Of a stretch of 64,000 bases of DNA, positions 30,316-40,436 are shown one piece after another. Source of the stretch: a virus. Its lineage: Duplodnaviria; Caudoviricetes. Where the stretch lies: IMG/VR virus record IMGVR_UViG_2896201746_000001, positions 48,121 through 112,120 of that record; one strand, given 5' to 3'. The position numbers were made by a program, and so were the translations under genes. Numbering within the stretch: the stretch's first letter is position 1; every line of letters begins with the position of its first letter. Below the pieces are notes generated by a model, which saw only the letters and a list, made by a program, of their open reading frames with translations, did no database searches and was not told the DNA's origin.

Positions 30316-30461
30316 TGAGCATTGGATCCGGAATCGCCATCCTCGGCATCTGGCTGGTGCCGGCTGCGGCCATGTTCTCCCGCCATGTCGGCGGCGCTGG
30401 CGTCCTGTTGGCGCTGGGCTGTGCCTGTGCCGCCACCGGCCTGATCGCAGGAGCGCTGTGA
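30315..30461 (+). CDS. Small two-TM membrane protein
   Basis: GGAGG RBS; MSIGSGIAILGIWLV...; TGATG-coupled on both sides. Confidence 0.5.
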   Translation: MSIGSGIAILGIWLVPAAAMFSRHVGGAGVLLALGCACAATGLIAGAL

Positions 30462-31108
30462 TGACCCGTCGCCCCGTCATCCTCTTCACGGGCACCCAGG
30501 GGTCGGGCAAGACGACCGTCGCCCGCGAGCTGGCGCAGCGCCTGGGCCTGCCGTTCTTTGGCAGCCGCGCCGGCGAGATTCATCGCCTCTACGGCGTTCA
30601 CGCAGACGAGCAGATCGACATCAACCTGCGCCTCGCCATCCAGGAAGCGATCCTGGAGGCGTGGCGCAGCGACCGGGAGCAGGCCGAGCACACCGGCGGC
30701 GTCTTCGACCGCTGCCCGGTCGACTTCGCCGCCTATATGCTGGCCGACGTAAATCGGGAGATGAGCGAGCAGGCGAGCCGGGTTGCGGCTCAATATGTTC
30801 GTCTATGCCTATCGTTAACCGATGATGTAGGTCAAATCATTCTGTGCAAACCCCTGCCGGCCGTGATAGAAGATCGAGGACGCGACAAGGCGAGCGCCGC
30901 CAATGTTGCCTATGGCCTGCATATCCACATGCTGATCGCCGGCTTCCTCGCGGAGCACGCGATCCCGCACGCTGTCCTCGAACCGGATGAGCTGGAGAGC
31001 AGGCTTGAGGCGGCGACCGGCCTTGTCGATGAGGGATTCGATAAGGAGGCCAACCGTGTCATCGTCGACCGTCTCACAGGAGCAGGAGCAGACCGGCACT
31101 TCCACTGA
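30461..31108 (+). CDS. P-loop nucleotide kinase-like protein (dNMP kinase/AAA_28-like)
   Basis: GTQGSGKTT, VFDRCPVDFAAY. Confidence 0.75.
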   Translation: MTRRPVILFTGTQGSGKTTVARELAQRLGLPFFGSRAGEIHRLYGVHADEQIDINLRLAIQEAILEAWRSDREQAEHTGGVFDRCPVDFAAYMLADVNREMSEQASRVAAQYVRLCLSLTDDVGQIILCKPLPAVIEDRGRDKASAANVAYGLHIHMLIAGFLAEHAIPHAVLEPDELESRLEAATGLVDEGFDKEANRVIVDRLTGAGADRHFH

Positions 31109-31388
31109 GCGCCCGGTCGTCCAGACCCGAGAGATCATCGAGGACATCCACAAGGCGACAGGCATTGAGCGCGGAGAGATCGGCAAGGTCTTGACCGCGC
31201 TCTACGATGCCTGCGCCAGCCGCTTGGCGAACGGCGAGGAGATCGACCTTCGCGGTTTCATGAAGATGACGATCCGCGATTACCAGAGCCGAAAATACTA
31301 CGTCCCGCCCAAGGAAGATTACATCGAGCGCGGCCCGTCGACACGGGTCAACATCGCTCTGGCAGGGGCGTTCAAGAAAAAGCTGTAA
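31056..31388 (+). CDS. HU/IHF-like DNA-binding protein
   Basis: AGGAGG RBS plus GTG; LANGEEIDLRGFMKM...AFKKKL. Confidence 0.75.
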   Translation: MSSSTVSQEQEQTGTSTERPVVQTREIIEDIHKATGIERGEIGKVLTALYDACASRLANGEEIDLRGFMKMTIRDYQSRKYYVPPKEDYIERGPSTRVNIALAGAFKKKL

Positions 31389-31397
31389 CAGAAGGAG

Positions 31398-31425
31398 AAG
31401 GCCGGGCACCGTCCCGGCCTTTTTT
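31398..31425 (+). terminator. Intrinsic terminator
   Basis: AAGGCCGGG/CCCGGCCTT stem plus T tract. Confidence 0.8.
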
Positions 31426-31508
31426 GCATCTGCCCCTTAAATTCCCTGTTTGGCTTACGTCCAAACATATATGCGAGATGCCAAGCATCCTAACCTATAT
31501 GAACATGC

Positions 31509-32066
31509 CTATTCGGCCGGGGTGTTTTCGTCGCTCTTTGCCTCAAGCAAACGTAAAAGAGGAGGCATAGGCGGCTTTTCTGGAAGAGGGCAGCTTGCCA
31601 GCCCAATTACTGAAATGTCCGCCCGCTCACAAAAGCTTCTCACATTTTTATCATCACTATAGATTACCTTTGCACCTGATACCTTGGCTATCGCCGCGAT
31701 CTGCCGATCATACTTGATCTTGGCCCAAGTCCCGTCACCATCGCGCTTGCTGCCGGAGTCCAGCGCATATCGTGTCATAATTGCAACCTCAACAGCAGCG
31801 GCAGCGCCAAAATCCTCGATCCTGAAGGCGCTTGACCTCTGTATTGCAGAGACAATCTTAGGGCCAGCCTTACCAGCTCTAACTAGAACTTCACTCAGCG
31901 CAGGGGCTGGTATAATAATTTTTGTCTTGTTCTTCTCAAGAGACGCAACAACTAACTGAACGCGCTCTGAGGCGAAGTCAATTGGTTGCTGAGTTACAGG
32001 ATCTTTGGGCGTGGGGGCGTCAGGCCAGAGGGCCAACATCATCATGGTTGCATCAAATACGACCAT
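31509..32066 (-). CDS. PIN-domain ribonuclease (toxin-like)
   Basis: VVFDAT, PALSEVL, YDRQIAAIA, IYSDD; lower GC. Confidence 0.8.
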   Translation of the reverse strand: MVVFDATMMMLALWPDAPTPKDPVTQQPIDFASERVQLVVASLEKNKTKIIIPAPALSEVLVRAGKAGPKIVSAIQRSSAFRIEDFGAAAAVEVAIMTRYALDSGSKRDGDGTWAKIKYDRQIAAIAKVSGAKVIYSDDKNVRSFCERADISVIGLASCPLPEKPPMPPLLRLLEAKSDENTPAE

Positions 32067-32815
32067 CAGTGTAGCTCGCTCGGTCCGTTGCGGAGTATAT
32101 CCAATTCAGCCCAAATGTCTTCGGACGTATGCCACTCGGTGTCAGGCATGGCCCTCAGTTCTTCCAGAACCTGGCTAAGTGGCCGGTCGTCCAAAGGCTC
32201 GAAACGACGAATTTGGAAACGATCAAGGCTCCATGTACCAGTTTCGCCGCGAATCCACTTTCCAGTACCGAACACTCTCACCTGCCCCGTGAACAGATAT
32301 TCGGCCAAGGCTTTCGCTGTTGGTCTGGCGGCCACGCAATTATATCGGTTCGCGCCAGCCTGCAAGTGAACTGGAACGAGATCCTTAGGCCCTCCTACCA
32401 TAATCACTTCGCCATCCAGACTTCCTTCCTGGGTGACGTGCGAATACCCCTTCTCTTCGATGGCCGCCTTACCAGGAAACTGAATAATTTGAGCGCCACG
32501 CCCCAACTCAGTAATTTCTGCAACGCCGTTGTCCTCGGCGAGGCGGCGATTGATCGCACCAAATGCCTTCAGCGCATCGGTCGGGCCATCACCCGTGCGA
32601 ACGCGGTCGATCCGCTCATCAACTTTGGGAACAGCTTCATCTTCGATAACGTAAGCTAGTTTGGTGCTGCCCTCTTCCAGGCGCACGAAATGCACGCTCC
32701 CGTTCTCGCCAAGAAACGTGGCAAGGTCAGTCATATACTCGGCGAGCCGAGACATAGGGATGGTGTCAGGAGTATATGCACTGATCCTGAATGTATACTC
32801 GCGACCTTTAGGCAT
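32066..32815 (-). CDS. PIN-partner protein (putative antitoxin/sensor, C-terminal OB-like region)
   Basis: Translationally coupled to the PIN gene; AGGAGG RBS; low-GC insert opposing phage orientation. Confidence 0.65.
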   Translation of the reverse strand: MPKGREYTFRISAYTPDTIPMSRLAEYMTDLATFLGENGSVHFVRLEEGSTKLAYVIEDEAVPKVDERIDRVRTGDGPTDALKAFGAINRRLAEDNGVAEITELGRGAQIIQFPGKAAIEEKGYSHVTQEGSLDGEVIMVGGPKDLVPVHLQAGANRYNCVAARPTAKALAEYLFTGQVRVFGTGKWIRGETGTWSLDRFQIRRFEPLDDRPLSQVLEELRAMPDTEWHTSEDIWAELDILRNGPSELH

Positions 32816-33111
32816 GTTGCCTTTAAGCCTCCTTATTCAGGGCCAGTGCGGCCGACGATTCCATGCTCCACAAAATCGACCTCGTTGCCCTGGAAATTTG
32901 GGCCGAAAGAGCGAAGAAGATAAGATCTTCTCGCTGGCTGTATGGTGCCGTTCCGGTTTGCGTTTTACAAGCATATAACGCTTATGCTTTATGCGCCGTC
33001 GCATATTCGCAAGGGACGCATTTGCTCGATGGTGGGCATCAACTCGTCTATTGTCTTGTCAGTCAGCGATGATGCTGAACGTCGTTCCAATAGCGATTGT
33101 GTGGGTGTCCG

Positions 33112-34368
33112 ATGAACGCTATTCCCGCTGCCGCCATGAGCCTCGACGAGATCGAGCAGGTCATCAACGCCGCGACCGAGACCTCCAGCCCCGTGCAGCC
33201 CGCCAGTGCCGATCTGTCGGCCTTCCGCGCGCCGGAGCCGGGCGAGGCCACCCCGCAGCCCGCCGCGTCCGACGAAGTCACCTCGATCGAAGCGGAGCTG
33301 CGCGAAATCCTGGGTGCGCCCGTCGCCGAACCGGCCCCAGCGCCCGAGCCTGTCCCACAGCCGATCGCCGATGCAGCGTCGCAGCCGGCCGAGCCGGTGG
33401 CCGAGCAGCCCGTCGCCGAAACCCCGGCCGAACAGCCGGCCCAGGATGGGCAGAGCCTGATCGAGGCGATCACGAACGAGATCAAGGCCGACGAGCAGGC
33501 CTCCGGCAGCGCCGAGCCGGCCCCGCTGATGAGCGACGACGACGTCACGGCGCTCGGCGAGTTCCTGCACGGCGCGATCAAGAAGATGATCGACGCCGGC
33601 AGCATCGCCAGCTACACCGAGCACCCGACGATGCAGAATCCGCCGGCGAGCTGGACGGCCGGCAGCTTCAAGAAGGCGATCGCCTTCTTCAACCAGGGCA
33701 CCGGCCGCAGCTTCGTCGTGCCGGACGACGACGAGCAGGCGCTGGCCTTCGCGCCCTTTTTCGAGCGCGCCATCGCCATCACGACCGGCCTGTTCTCCGG
33801 TAAGCCGGTCAAGCAGAAGAAGCAGGCCGGCGAGAAGGCCCAGAAGCAACCGAAGGAGAAGAAGCAGCCGGAGCGTGTCGCGGCCGAGGTCTTCAAGGTA
33901 GCGCTGGCCAACGTGGCGCTGCCGGAAGAGCGCACGGCGAAGGTGGTGCTGCCGACCTGGCTGTATCTCGACGCCGACCCGGCGAAGATCACCAAGCGCA
34001 AGGGGCACCAGATCGACCCGTCGCGCGCCGCGAGCTGCATGCCGGTGATGCCTAACGCCCTGCTGATGGACGACACCGGCAACCCGTACCCGAACGACCC
34101 GGCGCACCCGACGATCGTCACCTTCGGCGACTGGGCGAAATACGTGAAGATCGGGCACGCGGTCTTCGAGCTGCTGAAGGAGCAGACCGAGGTGAAGGCG
34201 CGCGACGGCAAGTTCATCGGCGAGGTGCTGAAGCGCGCCGGCCTGCCGCAGGACACCAAATACGCCGAGGCCTCCGTCGTCGACGCCCTGCGCGATCTCG
34301 CCTGCTGCGGCTATGCGGTGCAGTTCCTGGAGGGCCGCACCCGCATCTTCCGCATCGCCGAGGAGTGA
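33112..34368 (+). CDS. Hypothetical protein with Pro/Glu/Ala-rich N-terminus
   Basis: Strong codon bias; operator upstream. Confidence 0.7.
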   Translation: MNAIPAAAMSLDEIEQVINAATETSSPVQPASADLSAFRAPEPGEATPQPAASDEVTSIEAELREILGAPVAEPAPAPEPVPQPIADAASQPAEPVAEQPVAETPAEQPAQDGQSLIEAITNEIKADEQASGSAEPAPLMSDDDVTALGEFLHGAIKKMIDAGSIASYTEHPTMQNPPASWTAGSFKKAIAFFNQGTGRSFVVPDDDEQALAFAPFFERAIAITTGLFSGKPVKQKKQAGEKAQKQPKEKKQPERVAAEVFKVALANVALPEERTAKVVLPTWLYLDADPAKITKRKGHQIDPSRAASCMPVMPNALLMDDTGNPYPNDPAHPTIVTFGDWAKYVKIGHAVFELLKEQTEVKARDGKFIGEVLKRAGLPQDTKYAEASVVDALRDLACCGYAVQFLEGRTRIFRIAEE

Positions 34369-34451
34369 GCCTCCCCGCAATATCAACGGCTTGGTGCGGC
34401 CTGCTCATCGACGAGGTGAGCAGGCCGCAGCCCTTTGTGCGTCATCCCCTG

Positions 34452-34949
34452 TCAGCCAAATATCTTCACATACTCATCGACGGACAAATGATCTTCGCAC
34501 CATGAACGAAATTCTTCGGCCGAATAAAAAGTGTGAGGAACCCATTTCCTGGTTGCAAATAATGAACCCCTCTTTATTACATCATGGGTTTCATTTTCTT
34601 CGCCTTTGTAGTTCTGGACGCACAAAAAATATACGCCGTCAATATTTTTGTATAACAATCCATACACGCTTTTGTATTTTGCTATTGGATTGTTTGCATT
34701 AGAATCAGCAATGACAGCACTGCGCACCCTGCTATGAACAGCCGCTCTTGTTATGGCATGTTCTGTAAAATGATCCTCAAATAGCCACTTGACAGGAACA
34801 TGGGCGATCAGGGCAGACTCATCTGCAAAGCATTTAACGCCGTTCTTTATTTCCTTAAACCCTTTGATAGATTTAAGTCTTTCCTCCCTCAGCGCATCTC
34901 CAAATTCCGAAGTGATCTCAGAAACCTTGTTTATAATCCAGTTAAACAT
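34452..34949 (-). CDS. AT-rich hypothetical (moron-like) protein
   Basis: 165-aa ORF in a low-GC island; GAGG RBS. Confidence 0.6.
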   Translation of the reverse strand: MFNWIINKVSEITSEFGDALREERLKSIKGFKEIKNGVKCFADESALIAHVPVKWLFEDHFTEHAITRAAVHSRVRSAVIADSNANNPIAKYKSVYGLLYKNIDGVYFLCVQNYKGEENETHDVIKRGSLFATRKWVPHTFYSAEEFRSWCEDHLSVDEYVKIFG

Positions 34950-35123
34950 GATTATTCCTCGGGAATACTTCTATCGGATTGATCTTATAAAATTATAGTC
35001 AATCCGTCAAAGATTCATGGCGGAGGCTCCTGGCCGCGTTTAGCGTAGTTTTTCGGCCGTTCTATGGTGTCGCCCCTTCCAGGCATAATGCCCGCCGACG
35101 ACACGACAATGGATTCCCCAGGA

Positions 35124-35324
35124 ATGAAGATCGAGAAGATCCCAGGCTTCGGAGCGCTGGAAATCTGCAAGGACACCGGCGATCTGGCCTTCACCATCCC
35201 CGAGCGTCTGCTCGACCATCCCGACCTGCTTCGCGACCTGTTGAAGCTGGCCGAGGCCGGCGGCGGGAAGGCGATCAGGACGGTCGAGGTCAATGGCCGG
35301 CATTGGGTGCAGGTTCCCGAATGA
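35124..35324 (+). CDS. Hypothetical protein
   Basis: AGGA RBS; overlaps the next start. Confidence 0.45.
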   Translation: MKIEKIPGFGALEICKDTGDLAFTIPERLLDHPDLLRDLLKLAEAGGGKAIRTVEVNGRHWVQVPE

Positions 35325-35734
35325 TCCGGAGTTGGTCAGAGCATGCCCGCGACTTTGCCGACGAAGCGCATGAGGCTGTCCGCAAGGTCGCCGAGCGGCA
35401 CGGCATTCACGTCACGATGAAGCCGATCGCGCCCAGCCGCGGCGCGACGCTGACCCTGACGATGAAGGCGCATCTCACCGAGCCGAAGCTCGACGGCATG
35501 GCCGGCGTCTTCCTCGGCACCCACCGTCAGCTCGGCCTGGACCGCGAGGATCTCGGCCGGCGCTTCGCCTGGAAGGGCAGGGTGGCGAAGCTGGTCGGCG
35601 CTGACTTCGGCGAGCGCCCGCTCATTGCCCAATTGCCCGATGGCTCAATGGAGCAATTGACGACGGACGAGTTCAAGGCGGGCTGCCGCGCGCTCGCCGA
35701 CGGCGAGATCGAGCAGCTCGACGGCGACTGGTGA
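35321..35734 (+). CDS. Hypothetical protein
   Basis: ATGA coupling; contains an internal octamer array. Confidence 0.55.
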   Translation: MIRSWSEHARDFADEAHEAVRKVAERHGIHVTMKPIAPSRGATLTLTMKAHLTEPKLDGMAGVFLGTHRQLGLDREDLGRRFAWKGRVAKLVGADFGERPLIAQLPDGSMEQLTTDEFKAGCRALADGEIEQLDGDW

Positions 35735-35846
35735 GGCGACGAAAAAGAGTGACAGCCCATCATATCCTCATGTATTATCACTAAGCGCTGACAGATAGCG
35801 CGCCGCAGCCTTGCCGCCCCAGCCCATTCAATGACAGGAGACTTCG

Positions 35847-36029
35847 ATGCCGTCCCCGCGGCTGACCTCCCCGCTTGAGTTCTACAACATCCTGGACGCC
35901 CACCGGGCCGCGAGCCGGATGATGCAGGAAGACGGCCTGGACCGCCGGATCAAGGCGATCACGGTGGGGCAGGTGACGAAGTACCGCATCGAGCTGATGC
36001 CGGCGCAGCCCGTCCTGCAGGCTGCCTGA
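35847..36029 (+). CDS. Small hypothetical protein
   Basis: AGGAG RBS after an operator. Confidence 0.55.
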   Translation: MPSPRLTSPLEFYNILDAHRAASRMMQEDGLDRRIKAITVGQVTKYRIELMPAQPVLQAA

Positions 36030-36057
36030 TCCAGCCCTCCATCATCGAGCGACGACC

Positions 36058-36531
36058 ATGAATCCCATCGACGTGTTGAGCAGCCGGCAGCGCCAGCTCT
36101 GCGAGCTTGCCGCCCAGGGCAAATCGAACAAGGAGATCGCCCGCGATCTGGACATCACCGAGCACACGGTGAAGGTCCACCTGAAGAACGCCTATGCGCT
36201 CCTCGGCATCGACCGCCGAACCGAGCTGGTCGGCCTGTTCCCGCCGCGTGCGCGCTCCGGCCGCGACATCATCGACCTGTCGGATCCGGTCGCGAACGCC
36301 GTTCCGGTCGACCGGGTGATCGACGACGAGACCGACCGCAACATCGTCGCGCTGGTCGCGGCCGGCAGCTCCAACCAGGCCGTCGCCCGGGGAGTCAGGG
36401 TGTCGCTGCCGACGGCGAAGAACCGCGTGCGCATCCTGATCCGCCGGGCCGGCGTGCGCAACCGCACGGAGCTGGCCCGCTGGTGGGCGGCGAACGCGAC
36501 GAAGTTCCAGAGCATGCAGGAGTGCGCCTGA
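36058..36531 (+). CDS. Tandem LuxR-type HTH regulator (two HTH domains)
   Basis: LSSRQRQL..GKSNKEIARDLDITEHTVKVHL and GSSNQAVAR..TAKNRV..RNRTELA. Confidence 0.85.
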   Translation: MNPIDVLSSRQRQLCELAAQGKSNKEIARDLDITEHTVKVHLKNAYALLGIDRRTELVGLFPPRARSGRDIIDLSDPVANAVPVDRVIDDETDRNIVALVAAGSSNQAVARGVRVSLPTAKNRVRILIRRAGVRNRTELARWWAANATKFQSMQECA

Positions 36532-36851
36532 TGCAGACGTTCTACTGCGCAGTCATCACGCGCGACGCACTGCGTCTGGAGTTCTCCCTGCGCTCTCCAG
36601 AAGCGCTTGAAGACGCTATTGCGTCTGCGCTGCATGCTCGCTGTCTGACGCTCGACGACGTGACGGTGAACAGCGGCGTCGTCTATGCCGAAACCCTGCA
36701 GACGGCGGCCGGCATGGTCGCGGCCGGCGTGCTCGACGGGATCGACGCCAGCAGCAGCGCGCACGACCGGGCGTTGGCCTTCGCTGGAATCATTGCGGCG
36801 GCCCGGCGGATCGGGTATCAAATAACCGGCTGGAAGCCGATCGACGAGTGA
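36531..36851 (+). CDS. Hypothetical protein
   Basis: AGGAG RBS, TGATG coupling. Confidence 0.5.
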   Translation: MQTFYCAVITRDALRLEFSLRSPEALEDAIASALHARCLTLDDVTVNSGVVYAETLQTAAGMVAAGVLDGIDASSSAHDRALAFAGIIAAARRIGYQITGWKPIDE

Positions 36852-37121
36852 TCGCCCGGCCGCTTTTCCCTCCTGAAATTCAAAATCCTCCCGGTCAGCG
36901 ACCCTGGCCCGGGAGGATGGCCGCCGCACATAAGTGCCATTATGGAAATATTCCTACGGATATAACGGTAAATTTCTCCCGTCTTTGCGGTGCTTTTCAA
37001 AAGCCTTAAAAGCTAACTAATATATATACTTATAATAGAATAATGATTGGAAGAAAGGGCTTCGCAGTTGCCCTTTCCCTTACTCCATTCTAAAGGATGG
37101 GCACCGCTCCCGGAGGCTTCG

Positions 37122-37382
37122 ATGAAAACAACCAAGACCGCGCGCAGTGTTAGACTTCCAGATCGCCGGACCACGATCGAGATGGAGGACGAGTTCTGGG
37201 ATGCTCTTTACGAAATTGCCGGTCGACAGAACATCGGCCTGGACGAACTGGCCGGCCGGCTCGATCAGCGCCGGGGCGACAACACGCTGACGACGGCCTT
37301 GCGCGTCTATGCGGTCTCCTACTACCGTTCGGCCGTGAGCGCCCAAGAGACCGGCGCGGCCACGACGCCTCGCATTAACTGA
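37122..37382 (+). CDS. Ribbon-helix-helix domain protein
   Basis: RSVRLPDRRTTIEMEDEFWDALYEIA...LTTALRVY, typical of the alphaproteobacterial RHH family. Confidence 0.8.
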   Translation: MKTTKTARSVRLPDRRTTIEMEDEFWDALYEIAGRQNIGLDELAGRLDQRRGDNTLTTALRVYAVSYYRSAVSAQETGAATTPRIN

Positions 37383-37405
37383 CGATACGCCCAGGAAAAC
37401 CAGCC

Positions 37406-37858
37406 ATGGCACGCGCATTCAAAACCGGCCTCTGCGTGGCAATCGCTGCCGCCTCCCACTGTTTTATCCCATCTTCGCTGTTAGCCGCTGGCAAGCCAAC
37501 AGGCGCTTCAGTTGAGAGCCCCTATTATTCGGGAGCCAAGCTCCGGGAGCTGGTTGACCACTATATGGTCCTCAATAGTCCCGCTTATGATAAGCTACAG
37601 GACAGACATAAAGTCGTTTACGCAATTCATGCTGCCGAATTTCAAGGCTTCGCTATTGGAATGCTGTATTCGGCCACTGGGAAAGATCCTTCAGCCTGCC
37701 TGTCGTGGCAAAGTCGCAACGAATATGTTGCGAAGTTTGCGATGGCCGTGCGCGATACTATGGCCTATCAGCACGAGAACGACCAGCCCGGACCATTTAT
37801 TATCTTCGCTGCTTCAGATATAGCCTGCGATCAAAGTGCCTGGAAGAAGAAGCAATAG
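37406..37858 (+). CDS. Secreted hypothetical protein
   Basis: Signal-peptide-like N-terminus; lower GC. Confidence 0.55.
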   Translation: MARAFKTGLCVAIAAASHCFIPSSLLAAGKPTGASVESPYYSGAKLRELVDHYMVLNSPAYDKLQDRHKVVYAIHAAEFQGFAIGMLYSATGKDPSACLSWQSRNEYVAKFAMAVRDTMAYQHENDQPGPFIIFAASDIACDQSAWKKKQ

Positions 37859-37874
37859 CCGCTACTGGCGGTAA

Positions 37875-38102
37875 TTAGAAGTCCTTCACGCCCCAGGGCA
37901 GCTCTGCGAAGTCGATACGGCGTCGGTCGATCGCCGGCGTCTTCTGCACGATCCCTGACTCGGTGGCGCGTCCTGGCGTCGGTTTCGGTGCCGGGCGGGG
38001 TGCGCTCGCTGCAGGCGGGACTGCTCTGGCGGCGCGCTCGACGTCCGCCCAGCTCCAGACGGCCCGGCTGCGCCGCCGCTTCGGTTTTCCATCATCGGTC
38101 AT
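37875..38102 (-). CDS. Small hypothetical protein
   Basis: AAGGAG RBS on the minus strand. Confidence 0.45.
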   Translation of the reverse strand: MTDDGKPKRRRSRAVWSWADVERAARAVPPAASAPRPAPKPTPGRATESGIVQKTPAIDRRRIDFAELPWGVKDF

Positions 38103-38298
38103 GGTGTGGCTCCTTTAACATCTTCCCGTATGCCTTTCCATGACAACCTTAAATCCCGTGTATGCCAACGAACGTCTTTGCCACCTCCGCTGACGCCGAG
38201 GCCTGTGCCTGCTCGTTCCGCTGTCCCTTCACTACTTTTGCCTGTTCGTGCTACAAGACGGGGTGATGGCCAGTATCGGCCAACCTAGGGAGGACACC

Positions 38299-38571
38299 GT
38301 GCCCATACCTCTGAACGATGTGCAAGAAGGGCTTTGCTATAAGACTCCAGGCGACCAATACCGGAGGGTGGTGAAGATCGAAAAGAGCAGCTCTGGCGAC
38401 AGCGCCGACGACACCGTGATCTATGAGTCGTGGGGTGGTAACAAGGGCAATTCCAGCGGCCATCTCCCCAGGACGAAGGCCAAAAGAAAGACATTCGCCG
38501 GTGATGTTGATAGTACCATCGCGTGTCCAACTTCGATGCGTCCCCTGGGAACGGTTCAGTCGGAGCTGTGA
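38299..38571 (+). CDS. Hypothetical protein
   Basis: GGAGG RBS plus GTG at 38299. Confidence 0.5.
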   Translation: MPIPLNDVQEGLCYKTPGDQYRRVVKIEKSSSGDSADDTVIYESWGGNKGNSSGHLPRTKAKRKTFAGDVDSTIACPTSMRPLGTVQSEL

Positions 38572-39030
38572 TCTCTTTCGCCGAGTGGCGGAAGCTTAGA
38601 TATAGACCCTGTAGAACTGGTTGGCTGTGCGGAGGCTTTTTGTTCGGCTCTCCGCGCAGCCATCGCGGCAAAATGACGACCGCTCAATCATCTGCGCGCC
38701 TTGTGCAAAGAGTACCGGTGGCGTTTCCCCGGCAGGCGGCATAAGACAGAAGTCCTGATACCCGAGCTGGAGCGCTCCGAGTCGCTGCTGGCGGCCGGCG
38801 GGTTGCGGCCCTTCGCCAACTGCACGCCCTTCAAAGAGCTGCCGGTGTTCGACGCCTACCGGGCCACGCTGCGCGAGAAGTGGCGCAACGACGGGCCGGC
38901 AGCGCGCTGGACGAACTGGCGCAGGCCGGACTGGGCAAGGGTCGAGGTTTCTATCTTCCTATAGATTCTTCGTGACAAACGGAGTACATCTATCGCATTA
39001 TCAGTGAGCGCTTAACGATAAGAGGAGAAC

Positions 39031-39420
39031 ATGAGCACTCCGCATGCCCGTGTCGCCGACCCGATCACCAGCGACACCATTCCCGATTTCCTCAAGGGCT
39101 GCTGCCCGGTTGGCCCCTTCCTGTTCCTGACCGAGGGCCACGAGCCGATCATCGAGTTCGCCAAGCGGCTGAAGCCGATTTTCCCGGCGATTCGCGGCTT
39201 TCATTGCAGCGACGCCAGCATGACCGATCGCGGCGTCGTCATCACCGCCTCGCTGATGTTCGCCACCGAGGCCGACGCCGAGGTCTTCTCCGGCAAGCTG
39301 CTGGGCGGCGATCCCGTCATCGTCGAGCCGTATGTCGAATGCGCCTTCAAAGACGAGGCCGATCGCGCCATGCTTCGCTCGCAGTTCGTGACGCTGCTGA
39401 CCAAGCCCATCGCCGCGTGA
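39031..39420 (+). CDS. Hypothetical protein
   Basis: GAGGAG RBS after an operator. Confidence 0.65.
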   Translation: MSTPHARVADPITSDTIPDFLKGCCPVGPFLFLTEGHEPIIEFAKRLKPIFPAIRGFHCSDASMTDRGVVITASLMFATEADAEVFSGKLLGGDPVIVEPYVECAFKDEADRAMLRSQFVTLLTKPIAA

Positions 39421-39425
39421 TCGCC

Positions 39426-39704
39426 ATGCTGCGCCCGTTCCTCATCGTCTTCCTGATCGCCGCTGCCTGGCCGGCCGTCGCCAACGAGCGCGCCACGATC
39501 CGGGACCGCGCAGGCCGCGTCCAGGGGCATATCGTCGAGCGGCCGGATGGCCGGGTCGTGATCGAGGACACCCGCGGCCGTGAGAAGTATGAGGTGCTGG
39601 TTCCGCGCGAGCGCGTCGATACCCGCACCACCACCGACCCTGCCGAGCGCCACTACCAGGACACGCTCGATACGATTATGGGCCGGCCCTGGAGCCGGAA
39701 GTAA
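39426..39704 (+). CDS. Small secreted protein
   Basis: MLRPFLIVFLIAAAWPAVA signal peptide. Confidence 0.55.
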   Translation: MLRPFLIVFLIAAAWPAVANERATIRDRAGRVQGHIVERPDGRVVIEDTRGREKYEVLVPRERVDTRTTTDPAERHYQDTLDTIMGRPWSRK

Positions 39705-39718
39705 AGGAGGTTCGCTCA

Positions 39719-40087
39719 ATGGAGCGCATCATCACCCTCGCCGTCCGTTCGCTGACCGAGGATGCCCTCGGCACCGCCCTGGGCGAGCTGCGCGCGGCCG
39801 TCGGCCGCATCAACGATCTGCCGATCAAGTCGGCCATCGAGTTCGTCGAAGCGCCGCCGGGCGTCCTCGAACGCGGCCTGACCCCGCGCGAGGCGCAGGT
39901 GCTCGATTGCGTGGTCGAGGGGTTGAGCGGCAAGGCGATGGCCCGCCGGCTCGGCATGTCCGAAGGCACGGTGAAGTGCCATCTCAACAACCTCTACCGC
40001 AAGACCGGCTCGGCCAACCGCACCCAGCTCGCCATGTGGGCGACGCGCAACCGCCCGGCCCGGCAGCCGGAGGCCCTGTCCGCATGA
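39719..40087 (+). CDS. LuxR-type HTH regulator
   Basis: LTPREAQVL..GLSGKAMARRLGMSEGTVKCHL..NRTQLA. Confidence 0.85.
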   Translation: MERIITLAVRSLTEDALGTALGELRAAVGRINDLPIKSAIEFVEAPPGVLERGLTPREAQVLDCVVEGLSGKAMARRLGMSEGTVKCHLNNLYRKTGSANRTQLAMWATRNRPARQPEALSA

Positions 40088-40314
40088 GCGTCGTCAACCC
40101 GGAGGATGTCCTGCGCGAGGTCGTGCGCCAGTTCCCCGCCAGCCCGGCCGACATCGCCGGCCGGCTCAATATGCAGGGCGGCTACGCCATCGTCTCGATC
40201 GGGAAGGTCATGTCCTCCCTGCACCAGGCCGGCTACCTGCAGGGCACCCAGCGCCTTGGCCGCATGATTTACCGTCCAACCGAGAAGGGGAGAAGCTACG
40301 TTTCCAATTTCTAG
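40084..40314 (+). CDS. Small winged-helix protein
   Basis: IAGRL...LHQAGYL...YRPTEKGRSYV. Confidence 0.55.
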   Translation: MSVVNPEDVLREVVRQFPASPADIAGRLNMQGGYAIVSIGKVMSSLHQAGYLQGTQRLGRMIYRPTEKGRSYVSNF

Positions 40315-40436
40315 TAAGCGCTGACATCTTCCCTTGAAGATGCTTAGCTAAGCTGGTAGGTTAGCTTCGATTCCCTTCCGGGCTAATCCGGAGAGCAATC
40401 TGGAGAAGTCCGGCCAACCCAACCCAGCGAGAGATC

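Noticed and set aside
30787-30812. Possible octamer array (GCTCAATATG...)
   Set aside because: The AT dinucleotides are not in 8-bp phase; only the adjacent operator-like site at 30811 was kept.
27096-31108. Modified-base (hypermodification) pathway
   Set aside because: ThyA retains canonical motifs including the dUMP-specific Asn (PFNIASY); no PurZ, queuosine-pathway or glycosyltransferase genes in the window.
37006-37020. CtrA-like box TTAA-N7-CTAA upstream of the RHH gene
   Set aside because: Single mismatched copy in AT-rich DNA; chance occurrence is likely.
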